63,851 bases of DNA, from positions 64,001 to 127,851 of IMG/VR virus record IMGVR_UViG_2879469214_000003. One strand, written 5' to 3'. Below are positions 49,367-58,336 of the stretch, one piece after another. The stretch comes from a virus. Its lineage: Duplodnaviria > Heunggongvirae > Uroviricota > Caudoviricetes. Position 1 is the first letter of the stretch. Each line of letters begins with the position of its first letter. The translations under genes were made by a program, and so were the position numbers. The notes below the pieces were generated by a model. It saw only the letters and a program-made list of their open reading frames with translations, made no database searches and had not been told where the DNA came from.

Positions 49367-49879
49367 ATGGGACAAGCTATTGTAAGACTTGGAGAACTTA
49401 AACCGGAGAGATTTGTTGAAGGTTTAGTAAACAACTATCTGGTATATTCTCCTCTTCCGCTATCTAAGCAACATTCATCAGGCTTAGATGGTGACATTGT
49501 AATGAGTGCAACTCCAACACTTGAGATCATTGATGCAGATCTAGATGTAGCTATCAATCCTCAATACGAGTATGTTTACTCAGTAGGTACTGATAACAAG
49601 CTCAAAGTTGCCTTTGACAAGTCTAAACATACTAACAAAGGTAGCGCAATTGATGCTTTGAAATGTGTTAGCGTGATTTATGAGCAAGGAGAATTGATTG
49701 TTACAGGTAACGAATATATTCTCACTGTACATAACAGCCGTGGAGAAGAAATTCACAGGACTGTACCACAATCGCCAGCACAGCTATTAACAGTTATGTC
49801 TACGTTTGACGACACCCGTCAAGTCGATGAAGTTGGTCCTCTCGATTATAAGATACGCCGAAATTATACTGTAAAGTAG
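49367..49879 (+). CDS. Hypothetical structural-module protein
   Basis: ATG at 49367 after AAGGAG. Confidence 0.55.
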   Translation: MGQAIVRLGELKPERFVEGLVNNYLVYSPLPLSKQHSSGLDGDIVMSATPTLEIIDADLDVAINPQYEYVYSVGTDNKLKVAFDKSKHTNKGSAIDALKCVSVIYEQGELIVTGNEYILTVHNSRGEEIHRTVPQSPAQLLTVMSTFDDTRQVDEVGPLDYKIRRNYTVK

Positions 49880-49886
49880 GTGTACT

Positions 49887-50357
49887 ATGTCTAGATTCGA
49901 GAGTATAGCAAGAGATAAAACAACCGTTATTGACAAGATACTTTCTTCTAATGAAATCATGAAAGCTCTGAAGTATAATGAATTAAATTTCCTTGAGCAA
50001 CCAGACTTTGATAATGCCTCTTTACTTTACAGTTCGCTGTTCCCCCATCGCTTCATCCCCGGAACCTCTGATCAGAAAAAGACATATATAACTATCTCCT
50101 TTGGTAAGTATAGACCGACTAAATCCTCTTTTAAAAGTGGACTGATCACATTTAGCGTTTTTACCCATCAAGATCTATTTAGAACAGCTTATGGTTGTCT
50201 TCGTACAGATTATATAATCACAAAGCTAGATGAGATATTTAATGAAGCTGAAGGTTTAGGTGTCGGTAAGGCAGAGTTTTATGATATGGATGCTCTAAGC
50301 ATGAACCCTGATTATCATGGCTCATACATAAGTTACAAAGTGTGTGATTTCAATTGA
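49887..50357 (+). CDS. Tail terminator-like protein
   Basis: 156 aa, position before tail tube. Confidence 0.5.
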   Translation: MSRFESIARDKTTVIDKILSSNEIMKALKYNELNFLEQPDFDNASLLYSSLFPHRFIPGTSDQKKTYITISFGKYRPTKSSFKSGLITFSVFTHQDLFRTAYGCLRTDYIITKLDEIFNEAEGLGVGKAEFYDMDALSMNPDYHGSYISYKVCDFN

Positions 50358-51073
50358 TAGAAGTAGATCGGTTAGCTTTGTTTTTGGGTAACCCTTATAC
50401 ATTGGAATCTGGCTTGAGAGTTTTCTCACCTACGGTTAACGATATCTCCTTGGTTGGGTATCAGGATTACATGATAAAGCTTACATTATGTTCGTTTGAC
50501 AAAAATATGATATTGTCTGATTTATTTGGAGTTTCAGATGATGCAATTAACGAAATTTCTGAGCTAGATGATTTTGAGATATTAACCAGCGAGGAGGCAA
50601 TTAGAAACCACATTGCAAGCTCGCTTAGTTTCTTTGTTCGTGGTGAAGTTGAATTTGACCCCATTTATCAAGCATTCATGTTAGAAGATAGAGTTTTAAT
50701 TTCTAAAAATAACTATTTAAAAGTTGCAGACGTAATTAAGCAATTGAATTGCAGTAAGGCTGAGTCTGAGAAACTCAACACAACAAGCAGCAAGGCTAAA
50801 GAGATGTTGAAGAAAATGATGATGTTTGAACAAAAACAAAAGAAACAAGATGATGGACTTGATTTTAAAGATATCCTCTCTGTTCTTTGTGCTGCCAACG
50901 GGAATGGAATAGATATCTTCAACGTTAAGAATCTGACTATTTACCAAGTTTATGAGCAGTTCGAACGTTTAACTACCAAAGACAGCTTTGATCGTATACT
51001 GCCCGTATGGGCAAATGGACACTTAGGAAAAGACGATCAACTTCCTGAATGGATCAAAAAAACAAAATTATAA
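50354..51073 (+). CDS. Hypothetical tail-module protein
   Basis: 239 aa. Confidence 0.55.
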   Translation: MIEVDRLALFLGNPYTLESGLRVFSPTVNDISLVGYQDYMIKLTLCSFDKNMILSDLFGVSDDAINEISELDDFEILTSEEAIRNHIASSLSFFVRGEVEFDPIYQAFMLEDRVLISKNNYLKVADVIKQLNCSKAESEKLNTTSSKAKEMLKKMMMFEQKQKKQDDGLDFKDILSVLCAANGNGIDIFNVKNLTIYQVYEQFERLTTKDSFDRILPVWANGHLGKDDQLPEWIKKTKL

Positions 51074-51093
51074 TTTAATACGGAGGTTTTTTA

Positions 51094-51885
51094 ATGGCTC
51101 TACATCTTGATCGTTACGGTTCACGTAACAATCTCAACTTACAAATCTTCAACTATGTTTCTAGTACGCCCAATGTGCTTGATCCAATTATGACATTTGA
51201 TTATGCCACCACCACTAGCAATGAGTGGACTGGTGAAACTGTATATAGTCGCGGTGGAGATGGAAACCCAAAACGTCACTCTTGGTCTGGGGACAAAGAC
51301 TCTACATTGACAGTCGAAACACAAGTTTTTACATTCCAGCACTTGGCGATGCTTGCAGGAGAACCAATCCAACACGGCGCTCAGAATATCAATAAATCTG
51401 AGGTACTGACTGTCGAAGATGATGGCAGTGGAGGCAAACAAGTAACTCTTACTAAGACTCCGATTGGTGGAGCAGGTACAGTTAGCGTATTCTCGTATAT
51501 CGGTGGTATTAAAACAGACACCCAAGAGATTGATTCTGTGACGGGCAGTGTAGTGAAACTTGCAAGCACATCCACATCTAATATTGGTGAAGATGTTGAA
51601 GTTTACTACCAATTCACTGTAGCTAATGCTGCTAAGCTTTCTTATACCACTAAAGGTTTCCCGGGCTATGTTAAACTCATTGGTGATACTGTGTATGCTG
51701 AAGAAATTGGTGGCGATATTACCTCTTCTCAACAAATCTATTATAAAGCAAAATTGCAACCAAACTTCACTGTCACATATTCTCCTACAGGAGATCCAGC
51801 ATCCTTAACTCTGGTGTTTGATTTGTTCCCTGTTCGAATTAATGGTGTTGAAGTTATGAAAGATGAGATTATCTATAAAGATTAA
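51094..51885 (+). CDS. Major tail (tube) protein
   Basis: 263 aa, beta-rich, strong SD, terminator after. Confidence 0.65.
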   Translation: MALHLDRYGSRNNLNLQIFNYVSSTPNVLDPIMTFDYATTTSNEWTGETVYSRGGDGNPKRHSWSGDKDSTLTVETQVFTFQHLAMLAGEPIQHGAQNINKSEVLTVEDDGSGGKQVTLTKTPIGGAGTVSVFSYIGGIKTDTQEIDSVTGSVVKLASTSTSNIGEDVEVYYQFTVANAAKLSYTTKGFPGYVKLIGDTVYAEEIGGDITSSQQIYYKAKLQPNFTVTYSPTGDPASLTLVFDLFPVRINGVEVMKDEIIYKD

Positions 51886-51895
51886 AATACATATG

Positions 51896-51928
51896 GGCTG
51901 AGTCTAATTGGCTTAGCCCTATTTTTTT
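51896..51928 (+). terminator. Terminator after tail tube gene
   Basis: GGGCTGAGTC / GGCTTAGCCC then T run. Confidence 0.7.
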
Positions 51929-51940
51929 CTAGGAGTAAAC

Positions 51941-52693
51941 ATGAAGACAATAACAATAGCTGCACCAGTCCGTAATAGAGCATGGATACTTCCACAGTAT
52001 TTGTTGAAGATATTTGAGATCAATTATCCCAAATCTTTAATCGATCTACATTTTGTTGTTAATGATAGTTTAGACAGAACATTTGAATTGTTGACAGAAT
52101 TTAAAAAAGACCACAAGGGATTGTATAACAACATCCGAATAGACGTAATTAACAATGGTATACCCGAAGATGAACGTGAGTTTTCAGTAAGAAATAAATA
52201 CATATATAAGAGTTTGAGCAACTTAAAGAATTACATTATGAGCAAAGTTCGAACCGATAAATTGATTTTTATCGATACAGATATCCTTGTAAAACCTGAT
52301 GTTATTACTAAGTTACTCAAACATGGGAAGAAAATTATATCGGGATTAATTTACAACGGGTATCTGACCAATAATGATAAGCCATTTCTATACCCAAACA
52401 TTATGCAGTTAGATGACAAAGGGCAATATCGTCATATTACAAACTATCACGTTAAGACTGCCCCTGCTCTACTCTGTTCAAAATTGCAACGCGTGGATTT
52501 AACAGGAGCAATTATTTTATTGGATAAATCAGTGTATAAGTCTATAAAATACGGATTTCATCCACAAGGAGAAGACGCACACTTTTGTAAGATGGCTCAA
52601 GACAATGGCTTTGAGCTTTTTTGCGATTTGTTTGCCTATAGTCAGCACATTATGTCACCAGAACAATTAAGGGAGTTTATAAGGAGAAAATAA
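51941..52693 (+). CDS. GT-A (family 2-like) glycosyltransferase
   Basis: IAAPVRNRAWILP, VVNDSLD, FIDTDI (DxD), GED. Confidence 0.85.
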   Translation: MKTITIAAPVRNRAWILPQYLLKIFEINYPKSLIDLHFVVNDSLDRTFELLTEFKKDHKGLYNNIRIDVINNGIPEDEREFSVRNKYIYKSLSNLKNYIMSKVRTDKLIFIDTDILVKPDVITKLLKHGKKIISGLIYNGYLTNNDKPFLYPNIMQLDDKGQYRHITNYHVKTAPALLCSKLQRVDLTGAIILLDKSVYKSIKYGFHPQGEDAHFCKMAQDNGFELFCDLFAYSQHIMSPEQLREFIRRK

Positions 52694-52695
52694 AT

Positions 52696-53838
52696 TTGTT
52701 ACTAACTGAAACCGTAACTGTTAAAACAAATCCTAGGAGCTACAAACACTATTTGAATAAGGGATACTCAGTTAAGTGCGGAGGAACAGTATGTGTAAAA
52801 GTAGAAGACTTAACCCCAAGCAGCACTGTTGTAGTGTCAGTAAAGTGTGATTATTGCAGTAATGTTATTGATAAAAAATACTATAAATATTATAGATCTC
52901 ATAACAAACAATCGATAAATAAAGACTGTTGCAGTAAGTGTAATATGGAAAAAGTTAAAGAGACAAATCTTCTACTTTATGGAGAAGAGCATTGTATGAA
53001 AGTAGAGTCAATAAAAAATAGAGCTCAACAAACCAATCTGACCAAGTATGGATTCATAACGCCCTCCTCCTCAGATCTGGTTAAAAATAAAGTCAAGAGC
53101 ACTAACAGAAATAGATATGGAGTTGACTATTATTCTCAAACGAAAGAGCACATTGAGACAGTAAGAAATACATGTCTTAGGAAATATGGTGTGAGCGCAT
53201 ATTCACAAACAGAAGAATGCCGTATAAAAATTAAAAATACTTGTTTAAAAAAGTATGGCGTAACCCATCATACAAAATTAGAAAAAATCCAGAATAAAAA
53301 ACGAAAAACAAATTTATTAAAATATGGTGTTGAGAATTTACTACAAGATAAAGAAGAACTTAAAAAGAGAAAGATTAAAGCAACGCTAACATTATCAAAA
53401 AATGGAACAGTCAATACATCTAAACAGCAATTATATTTACATAGGTTAATAGGTGGAAAAATCAACTATCCAGTTGACAGGATTATGATTGATATTTTGA
53501 AGGATAATATCGCAATTGAATATGATGGAACTGGACACGACATCCCTGTTAAATATGGTAGAGTCTCAAAGAAGGAATTTAATTTAAAAGAATTAAAAAG
53601 AGATAAATTTTTGAATTCGAGAGGCTACAAAGTTTTAAGAATAAAATCTCTCACACAAACAAAACTTCCCGAAGATAGCATTATTGTCAAATTAGTTAAT
53701 GAAGCAACAATTTTATTTCAAAATGAGGATTTTAAATGGTTCGAAATAAATCTCGATGAGAATTGTGTTCGCTATAAAAATGTGAAAATTGACTATGATT
53801 TCGGAGCACTTTTCGAAATCAAAACTATAGGAGCTTAA
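52696..53838 (+). CDS. Free-standing homing endonuclease-like protein (Zn/KYG repeats plus Vsr/PD-(D/E)xK domain)
   Basis: KCDYC, six KYG-type repeats, IDILKDNIAIEYDGTGH. Confidence 0.7.
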   Translation: MLLTETVTVKTNPRSYKHYLNKGYSVKCGGTVCVKVEDLTPSSTVVVSVKCDYCSNVIDKKYYKYYRSHNKQSINKDCCSKCNMEKVKETNLLLYGEEHCMKVESIKNRAQQTNLTKYGFITPSSSDLVKNKVKSTNRNRYGVDYYSQTKEHIETVRNTCLRKYGVSAYSQTEECRIKIKNTCLKKYGVTHHTKLEKIQNKKRKTNLLKYGVENLLQDKEELKKRKIKATLTLSKNGTVNTSKQQLYLHRLIGGKINYPVDRIMIDILKDNIAIEYDGTGHDIPVKYGRVSKKEFNLKELKRDKFLNSRGYKVLRIKSLTQTKLPEDSIIVKLVNEATILFQNEDFKWFEINLDENCVRYKNVKIDYDFGALFEIKTIGA

Positions 53839-53839
53839 A

Positions 53840-54847
53840 ATGAAACAAAAAACTATTTTGTACCCATGCACGTTAGACTATTCGTTTCTTTTTCAGCGAC
53901 CCCAACAGATATTGAGGCAACTTGCTAAGTTGGGGTGGCGTGTCATATTTTGCAATAATACTCAATCAGGCAGAACTCCAGAAGAAGTGGAGCCAAATTT
54001 GTTTGTATACCACAATTTCGAAGAAGTTTTGTCTTTAATAAAACATAATAAAATAAAAATAGATGTTTTTTATTATACATGGGCCAAATCAGCTCAGTTT
54101 GCAGATAATATAAAAGCAAAAATCAACATTTACGATTCAGTTGATTCTTTTTCTGATTGGTATGAATTCGAAGAGTATGCAACTAAGAGAGCGGATATTG
54201 TATTAACTTCAAGCCAATTCCTATTTGATCTTCGAAGTAAAGATAAAGATAGTACGTATTTAATTAGAAATGCTTGTCCCGAAGACTATATCGACCACCC
54301 TTCTCAGGTTCCTGATGAGTATAAAAAATTGAGTGGTCCCATTGTTATTTTTTCGGGGGCTATTGGATCGTGGGTCGATACACGACTTATACGAAAAGTT
54401 GCAAATAGATATACTACAGTTCTAGTCGGTCAGGAATTTGGTAAGGAGTGTCCTTCTAATGTACTAAAATTAGGAACCAAATCGCATGAAGATTTATACA
54501 ATTACTATGCTCATGCTGATGTTTGCTTGCTACCATTTAACACGAAGCTAGAAATTACTCAGGCTGCATGTGCAATCAAGATGTTTGAACATATGGCTGC
54601 GGGTAAAATCACCGTTGCTACAAAATGGCTGGAAACTGACTTGTATCCCGATGCAGTACTGACCTCAGAATCGGATGAAGAATTTCTTCAGAATGTTGAT
54701 CGTGCGATAGAGATGGCAAAGCTCGATTCACACAAGCAGACTTGTATAGATTACGCAAAAAGAAACACATGGGAATTAAGAGTTAAACAAATTGAGGAAG
54801 CAATTGAGGAATATTCACTGAAAAGTGGTGTTGTGATTGGGTCTTAA
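53840..54847 (+). CDS. GT-B (GT4-like) glycosyltransferase
   Basis: FLFQRPQQI, YDSVD, FSGAIGSWVD, IKMFEHMAAGK. Confidence 0.85.
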   Translation: MKQKTILYPCTLDYSFLFQRPQQILRQLAKLGWRVIFCNNTQSGRTPEEVEPNLFVYHNFEEVLSLIKHNKIKIDVFYYTWAKSAQFADNIKAKINIYDSVDSFSDWYEFEEYATKRADIVLTSSQFLFDLRSKDKDSTYLIRNACPEDYIDHPSQVPDEYKKLSGPIVIFSGAIGSWVDTRLIRKVANRYTTVLVGQEFGKECPSNVLKLGTKSHEDLYNYYAHADVCLLPFNTKLEITQAACAIKMFEHMAAGKITVATKWLETDLYPDAVLTSESDEEFLQNVDRAIEMAKLDSHKQTCIDYAKRNTWELRVKQIEEAIEEYSLKSGVVIGS

Positions 54848-55808
54848 AGTTTTATTCACGAATAACAGTGCATTGATAAAATATGGTATATCTTCAGGAT
54901 TTAATAACCTTGGACACGAAGTATATATTATGGATGGAAAATATCAGTTGTGGGACAAAGATAAGGAAACTCAAGTTGAGTTGTTTAAAGAATACATAGA
55001 GAACAATCATGTAGATATAGTGTTCTCCGAATGCTTCGCTAACTTTGCCGAAGGTATATTCGAGCATACAAAAGAAAAGGGAATATTCCATGCATTGTGG
55101 TGTATAGAGGATACCCCATTCGACCATTGGATTGGTGACTACTGGTCTGATTATGCTGATTACATTTTTACAACAACTGCCGAATGTCTGCCTAACTATT
55201 GGAATAAAGGTAAATCTGCTGAATTGATGTTGTTTGGATGTAATCCTGATTTTCACAAGCGAGTCGATACAAGTATCCATAGAGACATTGTGCTAATTGC
55301 CAATAACTATGAACGTAGATTTGAGCAGACTAAAAAGTTCATTATGCCAGTTGTAGATCATGGTTATGATGTAAGCATATTTGGTAATGAGTGGTGGATG
55401 GATTCTAACCGTGATGTAAATTTGCTGAACCATCCTTCCACTTACAAAGGATATGGAGCATATGAAGATCTTCCATATTTGTATTCAACGAGTAAGATAA
55501 TTCTTGGGCAAAATTTAGATGACAAGTCAATTACTCAAACATCAATGAGACCTGCGGAAAGCTTAGGAATTGGAGGAGGCATTCTAATCTCCCCTTTCAC
55601 CCCTGCACAGCAATATCTATTCCATGATCATGTCTACCTGCCTAGAAGCACTGATGAGATGTTATTGATGATTGAAGAAGTGTTGAATATGACAGATATA
55701 CAACGTGAACAGAAAGCAAAAAAAGCACAGGATTTCGTGTACAAGTATCACAATTACAATTTAAGAGCTGAACAAGTGATCAATGCTTATCATGGTTACA
55801 AACCTTAA
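54837..55808 (+). CDS. CgeB-like GT-B glycosyltransferase
   Basis: WCIEDTP, FGCNPDFHK, SMRPAESLGIGG, HNYNLRAEQV. Confidence 0.8.
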   Translation: MGLKVLFTNNSALIKYGISSGFNNLGHEVYIMDGKYQLWDKDKETQVELFKEYIENNHVDIVFSECFANFAEGIFEHTKEKGIFHALWCIEDTPFDHWIGDYWSDYADYIFTTTAECLPNYWNKGKSAELMLFGCNPDFHKRVDTSIHRDIVLIANNYERRFEQTKKFIMPVVDHGYDVSIFGNEWWMDSNRDVNLLNHPSTYKGYGAYEDLPYLYSTSKIILGQNLDDKSITQTSMRPAESLGIGGGILISPFTPAQQYLFHDHVYLPRSTDEMLLMIEEVLNMTDIQREQKAKKAQDFVYKYHNYNLRAEQVINAYHGYKP

Positions 55809-55821
55809 GGGAGATGAATAA

Positions 55822-56304
55822 ATGGCAAAATCAAATAAACTAACACTTGCTAAGTTAAATACGGTTGATAATAAAAAGAATCAGCGCAAGACAATTTATG
55901 TGACTCCTGAGCGATATGAAGTAAATATTCATACATTCTTCCGAGAGTCATTTATGGAAGATGTCGTTGCCGAGTATATGACATTCGTTGAGGATTTAAG
56001 AAGCAATAAAGAAATTGACGATGCGTTGATCCGTGGAACACTTAGTCTATTTAATGTGTTAGTGATGAAGAAATTTACCGATATGCCATTCCCAAGAAAG
56101 ATAAATTTGAGCGGATTGATCGGCCTCGCTCGAAAATTTATGGACAATGGTATTACAAATGAAGTTATTAATTCCTTCCCTAAAGAGGAAATGAAGAAAC
56201 TTGAAGATCGTTTCAAAGCAGCTCAACAAAATGCAGCTAAAGTGATTGCTGAAATGGCGGTAGCCTCTGTTGCACAAGCTCAGGAAATTTCTGATGCAAG
56301 TTAA
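55822..56304 (+). CDS. Putative tail assembly chaperone
   Basis: 160 aa helical, upstream of tape measure. Confidence 0.4.
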   Translation: MAKSNKLTLAKLNTVDNKKNQRKTIYVTPERYEVNIHTFFRESFMEDVVAEYMTFVEDLRSNKEIDDALIRGTLSLFNVLVMKKFTDMPFPRKINLSGLIGLARKFMDNGITNEVINSFPKEEMKKLEDRFKAAQQNAAKVIAEMAVASVAQAQEISDAS

Positions 56305-56719
56305 GACGCAACAGGATCTAGTCAAATTCCTACAAAAGTTGAATCAGCCTATTGCACAAGCATTGAGTAATGATGTGGCTAAGACAGTTAAGACAGTCAT
56401 GAAGGAAAAAGTTAAAGAAGAAGTCTATGACGTATATGAGCCTACCATGTATTCTCGTACAGGATTATTAGGTAGTGAAGACAGCATGAAATCAGAACTG
56501 ATCAATGACACCACTTTAATAGTTGAGAATGTTCGTTCAGATGGCGATAGAAATGTTGCTGAAGTTGTGGAGTCAGGCCAGAATTATCAATACGGATTTG
56601 AGTATGCAGGAGTACCTCGCCCATTTACCGAAGCAACACGAGAAGAGTTGAGGAATACTGGAGCTCACAAAGCAGCTATGTATAAAGGATTAAAATCTCA
56701 AGGAATCAATTTGAAATAA
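56270..56719 (+). CDS. HK97 gp10-like tail completion protein
   Basis: VYEPTMYSRTG, PRPFTEATREEL; ATG at 56294 probable. Confidence 0.55.
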   Translation: MHKLRKFLMQVKTQQDLVKFLQKLNQPIAQALSNDVAKTVKTVMKEKVKEEVYDVYEPTMYSRTGLLGSEDSMKSELINDTTLIVENVRSDGDRNVAEVVESGQNYQYGFEYAGVPRPFTEATREELRNTGAHKAAMYKGLKSQGINLK

Positions 56720-56788
56720 TAGAACACAGGGAGCGTGTTATTTATGGCATTGGAAAGTTACGATCAATATACATAAGGATGATGTTAA

Positions 56789-57790
56789 TTGAGTAAAAAA
56801 GAAGTTAAGCAAAACACATTACGTGAACCAGCAAAGAAGCAAGCAGAAGTAACTGAAGAAATGTGGCTTCAGGTAAATGAAGATTATCGGTTAATTGTAG
56901 ATGAATTCATATCAGTTCAAGATCTGTCCCCTGCTTCACGAAAGCAATATACAAGTGTGCTTCGACAATTTGGTTGGTATCTTTTTAGTTCGATGAATGA
57001 CAAACCATTCTACAAAATAACCAAACGTGATTTCTTGCGCTATTTGAGTTTCATACGCGACAATCGTAAAATGTCATCTTCCGCTATTAGTCTGAGAAAA
57101 TCTGTCGTGTCTAGTCTGTGTAATCACATTGAAAACATTATTGCAGATGAAGAGGAAAATTATAAAGGTTTTAGAAACTTTACTCGTGGACTCCCTGCAA
57201 TCGCACGGAATAGAGTTTATGAGAAAGTAAAAGTTACCAAAGATGAGTTTGACTCAATGATGAAGATTCTTGAAGAAGATCAAAACTGGCTAGGTATGGC
57301 ATGGCTTGCTACAGCTTTCCTTGTAGGTGCTAGACGTTCAGAGATTATTCAGTTCAAGTCAGAAATCATGGATTATAAAGTACCTGAAGGTCAAAATTAT
57401 GTGCTATCTCACGTAGTTCGAGGTAAGGGCCCTTCAACCGATGGCAAACCCCTAGAGTATATGGTTCCATTAGAGGTTTTACCATATTGGCAAAAGTGGA
57501 TTGATACACGAGGGTACGAAAGTGAATATGTTTTCACAACTAGATATGGAAATGAGATCAAAGCAATGTCTTCGGCGTGGGCAAATGATTTCTGTACTAA
57601 TGTGTTGTCAGACATGTTAGAGCGTAGAATTAACGTACATATATTTAAGAATTCATGTATTACTTATCTCCTTGAATCCGGTGTGCCAATGCATTTGGTA
57701 TCTAAGTATGTAGCTCACCATAACGACATTTCAACAACACAGATTTATGATTTGAGGGATTTTGAAGAAGAAAAGAATCAAATTTTCTAA
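56789..57790 (+). CDS. Tyrosine recombinase-family protein (YomM-like)
   Basis: GARRSE, RGKG, HIFKN (K at HxxR Arg), AHHN, TQIY. Confidence 0.85.
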   Translation: MSKKEVKQNTLREPAKKQAEVTEEMWLQVNEDYRLIVDEFISVQDLSPASRKQYTSVLRQFGWYLFSSMNDKPFYKITKRDFLRYLSFIRDNRKMSSSAISLRKSVVSSLCNHIENIIADEEENYKGFRNFTRGLPAIARNRVYEKVKVTKDEFDSMMKILEEDQNWLGMAWLATAFLVGARRSEIIQFKSEIMDYKVPEGQNYVLSHVVRGKGPSTDGKPLEYMVPLEVLPYWQKWIDTRGYESEYVFTTRYGNEIKAMSSAWANDFCTNVLSDMLERRINVHIFKNSCITYLLESGVPMHLVSKYVAHHNDISTTQIYDLRDFEEEKNQIF

Positions 57791-57840
57791 TTTAATCACT
57801 GTAAAATTACCATTTCATTTTGATTTAAAGGGAGCAAAAA

Positions 57841-58254
57841 ATGAAAATACATAATTATCAACTTGAGAAATTAATTGTCTTCCTCCACTCGCTTGAGTTG
57901 GAGCGGAAAGATTCTCGCATGAGAACACGTTTTAAGAATTTATTGATGGATAAACTGCAAACAGTTATGGATGAAACAGTTGAGATCAATAAACAATACA
58001 TAGCACATGATGAAAATAATCAACCAATTAAAGAGAATGGTGATTATCTAATCAAGGATAATGTGAAACGTGTAGCCGATATCAAAGAGCTAATGAATGA
58101 AGTATATGAGATTCCACAGGATATCAACAATGGAGAAATGTTGTTGTCCATTAAAGATAGTGTCCTCAACCATTCCCCAGCTACATTCAAGGGTGAAGAA
58201 GCAGATGTCTATGATATGGTCTGTGAGTTGGTTGAACAAATTACATACGAGTAA
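57841..58254 (+). CDS. DUF1617-like protein
   Basis: L.LERKDSRMRTRFKNLL motif. Confidence 0.5.
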   Translation: MKIHNYQLEKLIVFLHSLELERKDSRMRTRFKNLLMDKLQTVMDETVEINKQYIAHDENNQPIKENGDYLIKDNVKRVADIKELMNEVYEIPQDINNGEMLLSIKDSVLNHSPATFKGEEADVYDMVCELVEQITYE

Positions 58255-58261
58255 ACATTGG

Positions 58262-58290
58262 GAAGCGATCATTTGAATCGCTTCTTTTTT
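58262..58290 (+). terminator. Terminator before tape measure gene
   Basis: GAAGCGAT / ATCGCTTC then T run. Confidence 0.65.
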
Positions 58291-58336
58291 ATTTCTCTTT
58301 AGACATTAGAAGCAAAAAGGAAGTGATTTAAGTAAC

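Noticed and set aside
55822-56719. Programmed frameshift joining two tail chaperone ORFs
   Set aside because: No clear slippery heptamer at the overlap, and the second ORF looks like a gp10-type completion protein
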